This document shows positions 54,922 to 63,551 of a stretch of 64,000 nucleotides of DNA, one piece after another; the first letter of the stretch is position 1; each line of letters begins with the position of its first letter. Below the pieces are notes generated by a model that was not told the origin of the DNA, searched no databases, and saw only the letters and a list, made by a program, of their open reading frames with translations. The translations under genes were made by a program, and so were the position numbers. Source of the stretch: Candidatus Moraniibacteriota bacterium (GTDB lineage: Bacteria > Patescibacteriota > Minisyncoccia > Moranbacterales > UBA2206); NCBI GenBank assembly GCA_049304095.1, contig JBAQNU010000010.1, positions 19,311 to 83,310 of the forward strand. The letters are read 5' to 3'.

Positions 54922-55176
54922 ATGTTCAAAACTTACGCAATTTACAATAAAGAAAAAGATACAATATACATAGGACAGACCGCTGATCTTGAAAGTAGGC
55001 TATTGAGGCATAACGGAGTACTTAGGAATAAAGAAAAATCATTTACGAGTAAAAATAGCGGAAATTGGAAATTGATTTACGAAGAAAGTTTCGAAAGCAG
55101 ACAAGATGCAATGAAAAGAGAAAAGGAATTAAAAAGTTGCCAAGGCAGAAAGTTTATTAGAAGTTTGACAAAATAA
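54922..55176 (+). CDS. GIY-YIG nuclease family protein (small URI-domain, YhbQ/COG2827-like)
   Basis: FKTYAIYNKEKDTIYIGQTADLESRLLRHNG...NWKLIYEESFESRQDAMKREKELKSCQGRKFIRSL is a full GIY-YIG motif set (GIY, YIG, Arg, Glu). SD AGGGAGGA lies 7 nt upstream. The track ORF start 54808 reads through the tRNA-like copy A and is rejected. Confidence 0.75.
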   Translation: MFKTYAIYNKEKDTIYIGQTADLESRLLRHNGVLRNKEKSFTSKNSGNWKLIYEESFESRQDAMKREKELKSCQGRKFIRSLTK

Positions 55177-55184
55177 TATATAAT

Positions 55185-55258
55185 GCGCCTATAGCTCAGT
55201 CCGGTAGAGCAGTTGCCTTTTAAGCAAACGGTCCCAGGTTCGAATCCTGGTGGGCGCA
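55185..55258 (+). tRNA. tRNA-Lys (anticodon UUU), CCA not encoded
   Basis: Folded by hand. Acceptor GCGCCTA/TGGGCGC, D-arm GCTC-AGTCCGGTA-GAGC, anticodon arm GTTGC-CTTTTAA-GCAAA (one terminal G-A mismatch), T-arm CCAGG-TTCGAAT-CCTGG, discriminator A. Confidence 0.8.
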
Positions 55259-55269
55259 CAAATAAAAAA

Positions 55270-55344
55270 CTCAGTCCGGTTGATCCGCCAGCCGGCGGAC
55301 TTTTAAGCAAACGGTCCCAGGTTCGAATCCTGGTGGGCGCACCA
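55270..55344 (+). pseudogene. tRNA-derived 3' partial copy (copy C) with hairpin CCGCCAGCCGGCGG and intact T-arm, acceptor 3' strand and encoded CCA
   Basis: Starts 11 nt after tRNA-Lys. Lacks the 5' acceptor strand. Shares the hairpin-bearing 43-nt variant segment with copy A (4 mismatches) and the 3' 35 nt with the intact tRNA. Confidence 0.5.
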
Positions 55345-55421
55345 TAGGGGATTTATCAGAATCACAAGTCTTATTAATCTCATAGATAACCCCCAATCGG
55401 GTGGTTCGAAAACCTTCTTTT
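55339..55421 (+). repeat. direct repeat R1, copy a (begins with the tRNA-like 3' GCACCA)
   Basis: 83 nt identical to 61537-61619 (GCACCATAGGGGATTTATCAGAATCACAAGTCTTATTAATCTCATAGATAACCCCCAATCGGGTGGTTCGAAAACCTTCTTTT). Confidence 0.8.
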
Positions 55422-55613
55422 TTTGGTATAAAACTCATTCAGGGGACATGAAAAGCTTTTCCCGAAGCCTCTTGCTCTTTTTCCTTTCATCCAGATGACA
55501 AGTCATGGCATTCCTTGAATTATCCCTATTCACACCAGTAGGATATTTGAGCTTTTTGTGCTACAATAAATTCATCGAAGTGGGGAATATAATAAAAAAT
55601 ATAAACCAAAAAA

Positions 55614-55652
55614 ATGAACAAGAATCTGCTCTCTCTCGAAATAGCGAACTAA
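55614..55652 (+). other. 12-codon upstream ORF (MNKNLLSLEIAN) in a leader region homologous to 57800-57910
   Basis: The leader of the KilA-N gene is about 70-75% identical to the leader of the 57940 gene. Both contain a 12-codon ORF starting MNK and a CT-rich tract. Confidence 0.3.
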
Positions 55653-55678
55653 AATTATTTTCCCATATCTAGCAAGTT

Positions 55679-56524
55679 ATGAAACAAAAAATAAATGTAA
55701 AAAATATCGAAATTGTCCTATTTCAAAAAAGTCAAGCGGACTATATTTCATTGACTGACATTGCCAAATACAAAAATGCTGAATTTCCCGCCGATGTTGT
55801 GAAAAACTGGACAAGAACAAAAAGCACGGTGGAATTTCTTGGTTTATGGGAAAGGCTGAATAATTCTAATTTTAAACTGGTCGAATTCGACGGGTTTAAA
55901 AACGAAGCGGGCAGCAATGCTTTCGTATTATCTCCTCAAAAATGGATTGAGAAAACAAATGCCATTGGCATCATTTCCAAGTCAGGCCGTTATGGCGGAA
56001 CCTATGCCCACAAGGACATTGCTTTTGAATTTGCTTCTTGGATTTCAGCCGAATTCAAGCTCTATCTCATCAAGGAATTTCAACGGCTCAAAGAAGAAGA
56101 AAATGAAAGAAAATCACTGGGCTGGGATCTGCGAAGAAATTTAGCTAAAATAAATTATCGAATTCATACCAATGCCATCAAGGAAAACTTGATTCCCGCA
56201 AAAATCAGAAAGAATCAGGAAAACATAATTTATGCCAACGAAGCCGATGTGCTGAATGTGGCGTTGTTTGGAATAACGGCTAAAGACTGGCGAGATAAAA
56301 ATCCTGGAAAAGAGGGAAATGTAAGGGACTATTCTTCAGTTGAGCAGTTAGTGTGTCTAACTAATCTGGAAAGTATGAACGCGATACTGATTAAACAAGG
56401 CATAGCACAAAAACAAAGGCTGCAAGCGTTGAATGAGATGGCAATTGATCAGATGAAAATACTTTTAGGACAAAGCAATGGGGCGATTAAGAAAGGCTCT
56501 TTAACAAATAGTGTGTTGAATTAG
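55679..56524 (+). CDS. KilA-N domain protein, C-terminus altered by IS insertion
   Basis: KilA-N hallmarks ADYISLTDIAKY...NWTRTKSTVEFL and GGTYAHKDIAFEFASWISAEFKLYLIKEF. The last 9 codons (GSLTNSVLN) are encoded by the IS left end. The pre-insertion C-terminus is reconstructed as ...AIKKLQE. Confidence 0.7.
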   Translation: MKQKINVKNIEIVLFQKSQADYISLTDIAKYKNAEFPADVVKNWTRTKSTVEFLGLWERLNNSNFKLVEFDGFKNEAGSNAFVLSPQKWIEKTNAIGIISKSGRYGGTYAHKDIAFEFASWISAEFKLYLIKEFQRLKEEENERKSLGWDLRRNLAKINYRIHTNAIKENLIPAKIRKNQENIIYANEADVLNVALFGITAKDWRDKNPGKEGNVRDYSSVEQLVCLTNLESMNAILIKQGIAQKQRLQALNEMAIDQMKILLGQSNGAIKKGSLTNSVLN

Positions 56525-57774
56525 TATTAGAAATGGAATAAAAGCGAGCGTTACTTTTGCAATATAATTATCAATATTTCTAAATCCAAAGGAAACTCTT
56601 TTAATCATCTTGATTTTTGTGTGCACCCCTTCGGTAAAAGCATTGGTGGAATAATTATCAAAGTAATTCAGAATATTTTCCTTCCAACGAAACAAAGTTT
56701 TTCCAAAGCTTTTCATATACCGAGAATGTGAATTTTCGCAAAACATAATGATCGTATTCAATTTCTTCCTGGCTTCTTTTTTATCTTTCAAACAATAAAA
56801 ATCTCGCAGTTTTTCTTTGATGAAGTAGGCTTGGTAGAGCGAGGGAAACTTTTCCAACTTTTTAAACAGCAATTCCAATTTGATTTTCTCTTTCTCATTT
56901 AGTTTCTCTTTCCCTTTAAATAGTATCTGCCGGATATGGTAGCCCTTGTTAACCATAATCGATCTGACTTCATCCAAATTTTTGTTGGCATAAGCAATGA
57001 CATGAAATTTATCCACCGTCACCTTCACTTTAGGCAACTCTCTTTTGATTGTATTGAGATAGCCTCGTTGCATATCAATGCAGACCTCAGAAATACGCTT
57101 CTGGTCGGCTTTTTGCAAGAATTCAGTTAATGTTGCCAGTCTGTCATCTTTGCCCACCATCAGCAGTTTCTTTTTGGTGATATTAGTCGCCGTCAACACC
57201 AATTTTCTTCCGCGATAGCTATGTTCATCAATACCCAGCACGAACTTTTCACCCTGCTCCTCCCAATCAATCTCTTTGAATTTCTCATGATTTTCTTGCA
57301 ATACTGCATACAAAACCGGCGGAGAAATATCGGTAGTTTGTTTCACGTAGCTCAAGCTATTCCGAGCCAGATCTTTTAAAAGTACTCTTCTGAAATTTTC
57401 TGTTGTACTTCGCTTGTCGATGCCAACCACATGTTCCATAAAAGCTTTCTTGCAATGATTGCAGTAGAACCGTCTAACCCTCAAACGCAAGATTACCTTT
57501 CGACTTTGCCATACGGAGTGCAATATCTTTCTGGACTTGTACTGGTGAACCCTCTTGACCGAACAGGTGCAGTGCGGACAGATACAATACTTGCGGGGGT
57601 TTCTAACTTTAACGGTAACTTCCTCATCTGTTATCTCCCAGCCGTCAACCCAGACATTTTGCAAATTTAGCAGTTTTTTGATATCTTGTTTCATAGGAGT
57701 GGTGTGAATTTATGTTTAAGCGCTTAAATTCTACCACTTCTTTAGTTATCCACCACACTAATTATTATAGAGCC
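56495..57774 (-). mobile_element. ISL3-family insertion sequence (about 1.28 kb) with 8-bp target-site duplication TTAAGAAA
   Basis: Terminal inverted repeats GGCTCTTTAACAAATAGTGTG (56495-) and the reverse complement of CACACTAATTATTATAGAGCC (-57774). Identical flanking TTAAGAAA at 56487-56494 and 57775-57782. Confidence 0.8.
56501..57694 (-). CDS. ISL3-family DDE transposase
   Basis: N-terminal zinc-finger-like CxxC...CxxC (CICPHCTC ... CNHCKK), HTH region, and the DDE core typical of ISL3 (GIDEHSYRG..., VCIDMQRGY...). Confidence 0.85.
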   Translation of the reverse strand: MKQDIKKLLNLQNVWVDGWEITDEEVTVKVRNPRKYCICPHCTCSVKRVHQYKSRKILHSVWQSRKVILRLRVRRFYCNHCKKAFMEHVVGIDKRSTTENFRRVLLKDLARNSLSYVKQTTDISPPVLYAVLQENHEKFKEIDWEEQGEKFVLGIDEHSYRGRKLVLTATNITKKKLLMVGKDDRLATLTEFLQKADQKRISEVCIDMQRGYLNTIKRELPKVKVTVDKFHVIAYANKNLDEVRSIMVNKGYHIRQILFKGKEKLNEKEKIKLELLFKKLEKFPSLYQAYFIKEKLRDFYCLKDKKEARKKLNTIIMFCENSHSRYMKSFGKTLFRWKENILNYFDNYSTNAFTEGVHTKIKMIKRVSFGFRNIDNYIAKVTLAFIPFLILIQHTIC

Positions 57775-57857
57775 TTAAGAAATTGCAAGAATAGTTTTTT
57801 GTGTTACAATGAATTTATTAAAAAAAGTAGATATAAATTTTCTCAAAAACCAAAAAA

Positions 57858-57896
57858 ATGAATAAAATTTTTACTCTCTCTCTCTCTCTCGAATAA
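57858..57896 (+). other. 12-codon upstream ORF (MNKIFTLSLSLE) containing a (CT)8-9 microsatellite
   Basis: Homolog of the 55614 uORF. CT repeat at 57874-57890. Confidence 0.3.
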
Positions 57897-57939
57897 ACTA
57901 CTAAAATCTTTATTTTTTAATAAAGCATATTTTCGACTG

Positions 57940-60900
57940 GTGCTGTTTATTTTCTGTGCCGGTTTTTTTGTGTTTGGGTTTGGAGCGAAGGCGGGTGCGG
58001 CGACGTATTATGTGGACCAATCAATTGGTAATGACTCTAACCAAGGAAGTTCAGATTCCCAGTGGAAGAATATTTGGTATGCTGATGAAAAAATGACCGA
58101 TGGCGACACGCTTAATATAAAAGCTATGGCTAATAATCCTCATCGTGGTAACATGAACACTTCCACGAATAATTTGACAGTGCAAGGAACTGATGGTGAG
58201 ACAGCCTACATATTGGGCTCTCGTGATGTTTCGAGTGGGGCTAATATTGGGAGTCTCGCGTATAATACCGATTTGGATAGCTGGACTTCTTCAACCATTC
58301 CAACAAGGCTCGCAGTTACTTTGACAGGAGACTCTTTAATTACGCAACAAACCGGAGATTTTGTTCAATCAGGGAGTTCTGCAAAATTTGCAAGAACGTC
58401 TACGGGAACGGGTTCTTTAACGCAAGTGGTTTATTTACCGGCGAATACTGAATTTAGCATTAATTTTGATCATTTTGAAACAGCAGGATCGTATAGATTT
58501 AAATATAATGTGCGTGAAGATTTAGTTACAGATAATTATCTCCAGTCTGATGGATCTTGGTCTTCTTCTGGCTACACCTTTGACGATGTTGGAAACTCAA
58601 ATGGGCATTGGGCTAGCTATTCTAAAACATTTACGACGAACGGATCGAGTACTTATTATGTAACCGTTAATATGGGATACTCAACAACATCTTATCTTGA
58701 TAATTTTACTATTATTCCTACCGAAAATAATTATTCCTGGTCTGTTTATAGTGGGGATATATATAAACTTGACCAGATATTACCAGATCAGATAAAAACG
58801 CTAACAAAATGTACTAGCGCAGTATGGACATCATTAGGGGCAAGCGCGCTTTCTAATATTTTACAAGGATCAAGCAAAGACGAATTATTTCCCGGACAAT
58901 GGACATGGGAAAGCGGAACACTTTATTATCGTCTTTCCGCTAATGAATCCGATATTACAGGTATTCATTTCGAGGCTGGTATGATACATGAAAAGATCGG
59001 CTCAATAGGTAGTACACTTATTTTTGGTGGCAATGGAATTGCCTTGAATGATTTGTCATTACTTGTTGCTAATAATAATGGTCTTGCTATCTCCTCTGGT
59101 GGTAGCGCAATAGCCAGTAGAGTACATAGTTTTTTTTCGAATTATGTTAATGGTAGTTCTTTTAGCTCAGACGGAGATCTTGTGGCTAATAATTGTACTG
59201 GATCTGACAGTTATATAGGTTTTTTGGCATCAGGCAGTGATGCTTCTTTGGTTGTAAATAGAAGCCTTGCTTCAAATAATTATAACAAGGGTATCGTTTG
59301 GACGAGTGGAGCGGATGGAGCTGCTAATTATTCGATTGCCTCTGGAAATGGATTGGAAGAAGCTGCTAATAATACAGGAATTGCTGTTCATGTAGGAGGA
59401 GAGTCTGATGTTAATATGTATAACAATACCTCTCAGGGTAACTATGGAAGAGGCATAGGTGTATCTGGCTCTGGTTTAATAATTACTAAAAACAATATCG
59501 CGTATAATACTGAGTATGGCGCATCGAGTGATTTCCATATTGCTGATTTTTCAGGATCGTTAACTCATACAAATAATATTGGAGGAGGTTATTATTCGGG
59601 ATGGTCTCCTTTGACTAGTGAACAATTAACTAATCCTCTTTTTATTGATTCTATTTCTCATGATTTTACCATCCAATCTACCTCTCCTGCCATCGATGCC
59701 GGCACCGATGTCGGACTGGCTACCGACTACGCCGGCAACCCTATCTATGGCCTCCCTGACATCGGCGCCTATGAATATCAGCCGCCATATACCATGGGTT
59801 CTAACCAAGTGGACGTTGCAGCTGATGTGCGAGTCTATGGAAACGGAAAATTTAGAAACACCGAAACTCCCAACGGAACGGACGCCGATCTCTCAGTTGA
59901 TCCGGCTTCCGACAACATCACCCAGTATTTGGATATCGACATTGCCACTTGGGAAACTTCAGGAGACTATGAAAAACAATGGACAGAAAGCTCCACCACC
60001 ATAACAGGAAACACCTTGCATACAGTTGGCGATTTGGAAGCGGGAAAATACTACAACATTACTGCTGACGATGCTGTCACGGGTCTTTCCAGCGCCACTT
60101 GCGATGCAGTCGATTCCAATTTCGTCTGCCAGGCCGATTCCAACGGACAAATCGTGTTCACTTGGACCGGCGGATATTCTACACACACTTTCACAGTGAC
60201 CGAGGGGGATAACCTTGATCCAACGGTAACCAACGGAACCAGTGCCAAATTTCACACTGATACAACTTCCGTCACACTGTCTCTGGTCACTTCTGAAAAC
60301 TCCACCTGCAAATATTCGACAGAAAATACCACCTATGACAACATGACCACTTTTACTAATACGGGTGGAACTACTCACACCACGATAGTAAATAGCCTTA
60401 CTCCCAGTAACTACTCCTACTATGCCATCTGCCGTGATACCGTAGGCAACGATACCAGCTATACACTTACATTTGAAATTGCTCAAAGAGAAAATGATAC
60501 TGGAATCAGTGACGCCAAACTAAAAATCAACGGAAACAATGAAACCCTAGACAAGGACAAGAAAATCTACTTTGATGAGGACGAAGGCCGACTGAAAGGT
60601 CAGGATGATACCATCGCCAACGGAACAGTTAAAATATACAAAGAAGGCAAGAGAATTGCTACGGTTGATGTTGGTAGCGATGGCAGTTGGAGCAAGAGGC
60701 TATCTTTCGGTCACAACAAAACTTACACACTGAAACTTAAATTCTATGACCAGTATGGAACACTCAGGGACGAGAAAGAGCATGATGTTAAAGTGGATAC
60801 TGAAAAACCAGTTTTCATCAATCCCTTTTCTCAAACACTCTCTATTCAAAAAGACGATAAAATAAATTTTGAAGCGACTGATGACACAGGCATCGATTAT

Positions 60901-61449
60901 TACAAAATTCAAATTTTGGATAAATTAGGTCATATTGCAAGAGCCTGGAGAAAACAAATCAAAAGTTTCTATCTTATTCCAGAAAACATCTTAGAGCAGG
61001 CGGATACTATTATGGTCAGAGCTTATGACAAGGCGGGGAACTACGCCGAAGAAAAAGCTGTCTTAAATATCACCAATGCCAGTAATGATACGCTAGCAGA
61101 TAATTCTGGCAATGAATCGTCAAAGCAGGAGGCGAGCAATGCAAGTAAGCCCAATGTTTGCAATTACACCGTGCAAGCCGGTGATACTCTGTGGAGCATT
61201 GCCAAGACAGTCTATGGCGACGCTACGGAGTATCAAAAAATTATTGATTTAAATAAGGATAAATATCTTGATATTGAATCCAAGCTTAGTATCGGACAAG
61301 AATTAAATTTTGGTTGTGAGAATAATAATGCTGTCCAGGGAGTGAGTGATGAGAAAAGCAATACAAATGACGCTAATAATCAACCAGGGCAAGCGCAATC
61401 AGAAGCACGAGAAACATTTAAGTGGTGGAATCCGTTTTCGTGGTTTTAG
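57940..61449 (+). CDS. large secreted parallel-beta-helix repeat protein with C-terminal LysM domain
   Basis: GTG start. Signal-like N-terminus. PbH1-type repeats (NNCTGSDSYIGF..., GIAVHVGGESDVNMYNNTSQGNYGRGIGVSGSGLIITKNNIAYN). C-terminal LysM (YTVQAGDTLWSIAKTVYGDATEYQKIIDLN). A marked shift to C-ending codons and higher GC between about 59690 and 60480. Confidence 0.7.
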   Translation: MLFIFCAGFFVFGFGAKAGAATYYVDQSIGNDSNQGSSDSQWKNIWYADEKMTDGDTLNIKAMANNPHRGNMNTSTNNLTVQGTDGETAYILGSRDVSSGANIGSLAYNTDLDSWTSSTIPTRLAVTLTGDSLITQQTGDFVQSGSSAKFARTSTGTGSLTQVVYLPANTEFSINFDHFETAGSYRFKYNVREDLVTDNYLQSDGSWSSSGYTFDDVGNSNGHWASYSKTFTTNGSSTYYVTVNMGYSTTSYLDNFTIIPTENNYSWSVYSGDIYKLDQILPDQIKTLTKCTSAVWTSLGASALSNILQGSSKDELFPGQWTWESGTLYYRLSANESDITGIHFEAGMIHEKIGSIGSTLIFGGNGIALNDLSLLVANNNGLAISSGGSAIASRVHSFFSNYVNGSSFSSDGDLVANNCTGSDSYIGFLASGSDASLVVNRSLASNNYNKGIVWTSGADGAANYSIASGNGLEEAANNTGIAVHVGGESDVNMYNNTSQGNYGRGIGVSGSGLIITKNNIAYNTEYGASSDFHIADFSGSLTHTNNIGGGYYSGWSPLTSEQLTNPLFIDSISHDFTIQSTSPAIDAGTDVGLATDYAGNPIYGLPDIGAYEYQPPYTMGSNQVDVAADVRVYGNGKFRNTETPNGTDADLSVDPASDNITQYLDIDIATWETSGDYEKQWTESSTTITGNTLHTVGDLEAGKYYNITADDAVTGLSSATCDAVDSNFVCQADSNGQIVFTWTGGYSTHTFTVTEGDNLDPTVTNGTSAKFHTDTTSVTLSLVTSENSTCKYSTENTTYDNMTTFTNTGGTTHTTIVNSLTPSNYSYYAICRDTVGNDTSYTLTFEIAQRENDTGISDAKLKINGNNETLDKDKKIYFDEDEGRLKGQDDTIANGTVKIYKEGKRIATVDVGSDGSWSKRLSFGHNKTYTLKLKFYDQYGTLRDEKEHDVKVDTEKPVFINPFSQTLSIQKDDKINFEATDDTGIDYYKIQILDKLGHIARAWRKQIKSFYLIPENILEQADTIMVRAYDKAGNYAEEKAVLNITNASNDTLADNSGNESSKQEASNASKPNVCNYTVQAGDTLWSIAKTVYGDATEYQKIIDLNKDKYLDIESKLSIGQELNFGCENNNAVQGVSDEKSNTNDANNQPGQAQSEARETFKWWNPFSWF

Positions 61450-61474
61450 CTTATAGAATCACAGTAGAATCCTT

Positions 61475-61542
61475 CATTAATTTCTGCCACTGGATCAATT
61501 CAGCAACAATTTGGTTCCAACTGGCGCGTAAGTGCTGCACCA
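61475..61542 (+). repeat. direct repeat R2, copy a (ends GCTGCACCA), immediately followed by R1 copy b
   Basis: 68 nt, 3 mismatches to 63481-63548 (CATTAATTTCTGCCAyTGGAkCAATTCAGCAACAATTTGGTTCCAAyTGGCGCGTAAGTGCTGCACCA). Confidence 0.8.
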
Positions 61543-61619
61543 TAGGGGATTTATCAGAATCACAAGTCTTATTAATCTCATAGATAACCCCCAATCGGGT
61601 GGTTCGAAAACCTTCTTTT
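61537..61619 (+). repeat. direct repeat R1, copy b
   Basis: Identical to 55339-55421. Overlaps R2a by the shared GCACCA. Confidence 0.8.
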
Positions 61620-61725
61620 CGTCGATACGAAATTCCTTCGGGAAATACCATTTTTTGGAACCCTTTGTTTGTTGTGTAATTGGCTTATATCACAAGCAAA
61701 TTGGAAATAATTTTCATAATCAACA

Positions 61726-62610
61726 ATGAATAAAGACTTTGATATAAATTTATATTTAAACCACATCGCACGAGAATTAATAAGTAATTATTCTTTCGCT
61801 GGTGATGCAACAACTCCAGCCTTAGTGGGGGGAGCAAGGGAAAGGGAGATTAGAAAAAAACTATCTTCTTTTTTGCCATCTAGCGTTGGTATTGGTACTG
61901 GATGTGTAATAGATAGTTATGGCAACACCAGTAATCAAATAGACATAGTTATCTATGAAAAACAACTGTGTCCTGTTTTTTCAATAAACGATAGCCCAGA
62001 AACAACTTATTTCCCATGCGAAGGCGTTATTGCTGTCGGTGAAGTTAAAAGTACTTTAAATGGTGACGAGTTGGAAGATATTTTTAAAAAAATAAACTCT
62101 GTAAAAAGCTTAGAGCGATTTGCAAATCCCTCTAAAAACAAGCTCACTAATGAATTAAGCGTATCTTTCAGAAATTATGGAAACTCCATTTCATGGGACG
62201 CTACAAAATCCGAGGAGTTTGATCAGAAAAATAAAAGAACAGATCAGATCTTTGGTTTTGCTTTTTGTGGAAACGTAGACTTAAAACCACAAACCCTACT
62301 AGATAAATATTGCACGCTTTTGAAATCATTCGAAAAATGCAATACTCCTAATTTGATATCAATTTTGAATTACGGACTCGTACTATATATGAACAGGAAG
62401 CTTAATGAAATAAGATATTGGCCAGGAGATGACGCTGATTCTATATATATAACTTCAAAAAGAGAAAATAATTTTCAGTTTTTATTGGCCAGATTGACCG
62501 AGGTAATTCGTTCATATAGGACAGTAGAGTTGAGCGTGTTTGCTAGTAGATATATTTCACCATCTGTGGGCGATATATTACTAGACGGAACCTTCAAAAA
62601 AATCGATTAA
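61726..62610 (+). CDS. hypothetical protein with PD-(D/E)xK-nuclease-like motif
   Basis: IDIVIYEK ... EGVIAVGEVKS fits a D...(D/E)xK core. Motif-level inference only. Confidence 0.35.
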   Translation: MNKDFDINLYLNHIARELISNYSFAGDATTPALVGGAREREIRKKLSSFLPSSVGIGTGCVIDSYGNTSNQIDIVIYEKQLCPVFSINDSPETTYFPCEGVIAVGEVKSTLNGDELEDIFKKINSVKSLERFANPSKNKLTNELSVSFRNYGNSISWDATKSEEFDQKNKRTDQIFGFAFCGNVDLKPQTLLDKYCTLLKSFEKCNTPNLISILNYGLVLYMNRKLNEIRYWPGDDADSIYITSKRENNFQFLLARLTEVIRSYRTVELSVFASRYISPSVGDILLDGTFKKID

Positions 62611-62735
62611 CAAGATGCCGTAGATACTTTTTATGTTCTATCAACTAGGCCGTTTCCATTTTTTGTAATACAATATAGACATAGGTAACTTTAATATTCT
62701 AACTTCAATTTTCAAAACTAGCCGCTCGGCGCGTT

Positions 62736-63440
62736 TTGAGAATTACCCGCCATATGTCACCAGAGATGTTCAACCCCTATGATCCCAAATATAAAAAAGT
62801 TGAAGATTTGCCCAAGGAAATGCAGCCCAAGTTTGCTGATTATAAAGACGGATTTGTCACCAAGGCTGCGCGGGAAGAAGAGGCTGAGGCTGAAAAAATA
62901 ATCCAATTAGCTAATCAATTGAAAGAGGCGGGAGTAGACGCGAAAAAGATCTTGAGATACGACAGATCGGGAAGAATGAAAGAAATAGGAGAGGCTATGC
63001 AAAATGATCAGACGGAAATAGATGTTTTGAGAGAAAGAGCCGTCAAAGAAGAATCTGAACCGACTTCGTTGGATGTTTTGCATGAAGAAGCGAACGAGAT
63101 GCACTTCAAAAAATTTCCTGAGATTTTCTATATCGAAAGGCTAAAAAGCAATCCTGATATATTGACAGGCATACCAAAGCATGTCTGGGGCAATAAAAAG
63201 TTTGCTCTAGAAGCCGTTAAATTGAACGCAAAGGCTCTACACAAGATCCGGGGAAAGGGGTACGATAAAGAAGTTGTGCTGGAAGCGGTAAGGCACGACG
63301 GACTTGCTCTTCAATATGCGCCATCTTATAGTAATGACAAAGACGTGGTTCTTGAAGCCACTAAACAGAATCCAATTGCCATCAAGTATGCATCGAAAGA
63401 TATCAAGAAGGCGGTTGGAAAGATTATGGAGGGGGCATAA
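62736..63440 (+). CDS. DUF4116 repeat protein
   Basis: Tandem about 37-aa repeats of the form ALEAVKLNAKALHKI.../VLEAVRHDGLALQYAPSYSNDKDVVLEATKQNPIAIKYAS, typical of DUF4116. Confidence 0.55.
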   Translation: MRITRHMSPEMFNPYDPKYKKVEDLPKEMQPKFADYKDGFVTKAAREEEAEAEKIIQLANQLKEAGVDAKKILRYDRSGRMKEIGEAMQNDQTEIDVLRERAVKEESEPTSLDVLHEEANEMHFKKFPEIFYIERLKSNPDILTGIPKHVWGNKKFALEAVKLNAKALHKIRGKGYDKEVVLEAVRHDGLALQYAPSYSNDKDVVLEATKQNPIAIKYASKDIKKAVGKIMEGA

Positions 63441-63480
63441 ACGGTAGCTATTTGCATAATTCGTCAGTTCTTTCAGATTG

Positions 63481-63548
63481 CATTAATTTCTGCCATTGGA
63501 GCAATTCAGCAACAATTTGGTTCCAATTGGCGCGTAAGTGCTGCACCA
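63481..63548 (+). repeat. direct repeat R2, copy b (ends GCTGCACCA)
   Basis: See R2 copy a. Marks the right boundary of the second cassette. Confidence 0.8.
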
Positions 63549-63551
63549 AAG

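Noticed and set aside
57862-57939. Possible upstream extension of the 57940 surface-protein ORF
   Set aside because: The frame is open back to 57862 but contains no ATG/GTG/TTG with an SD. GTG 57940 followed by a signal-like peptide is retained, with reduced confidence in the exact start.
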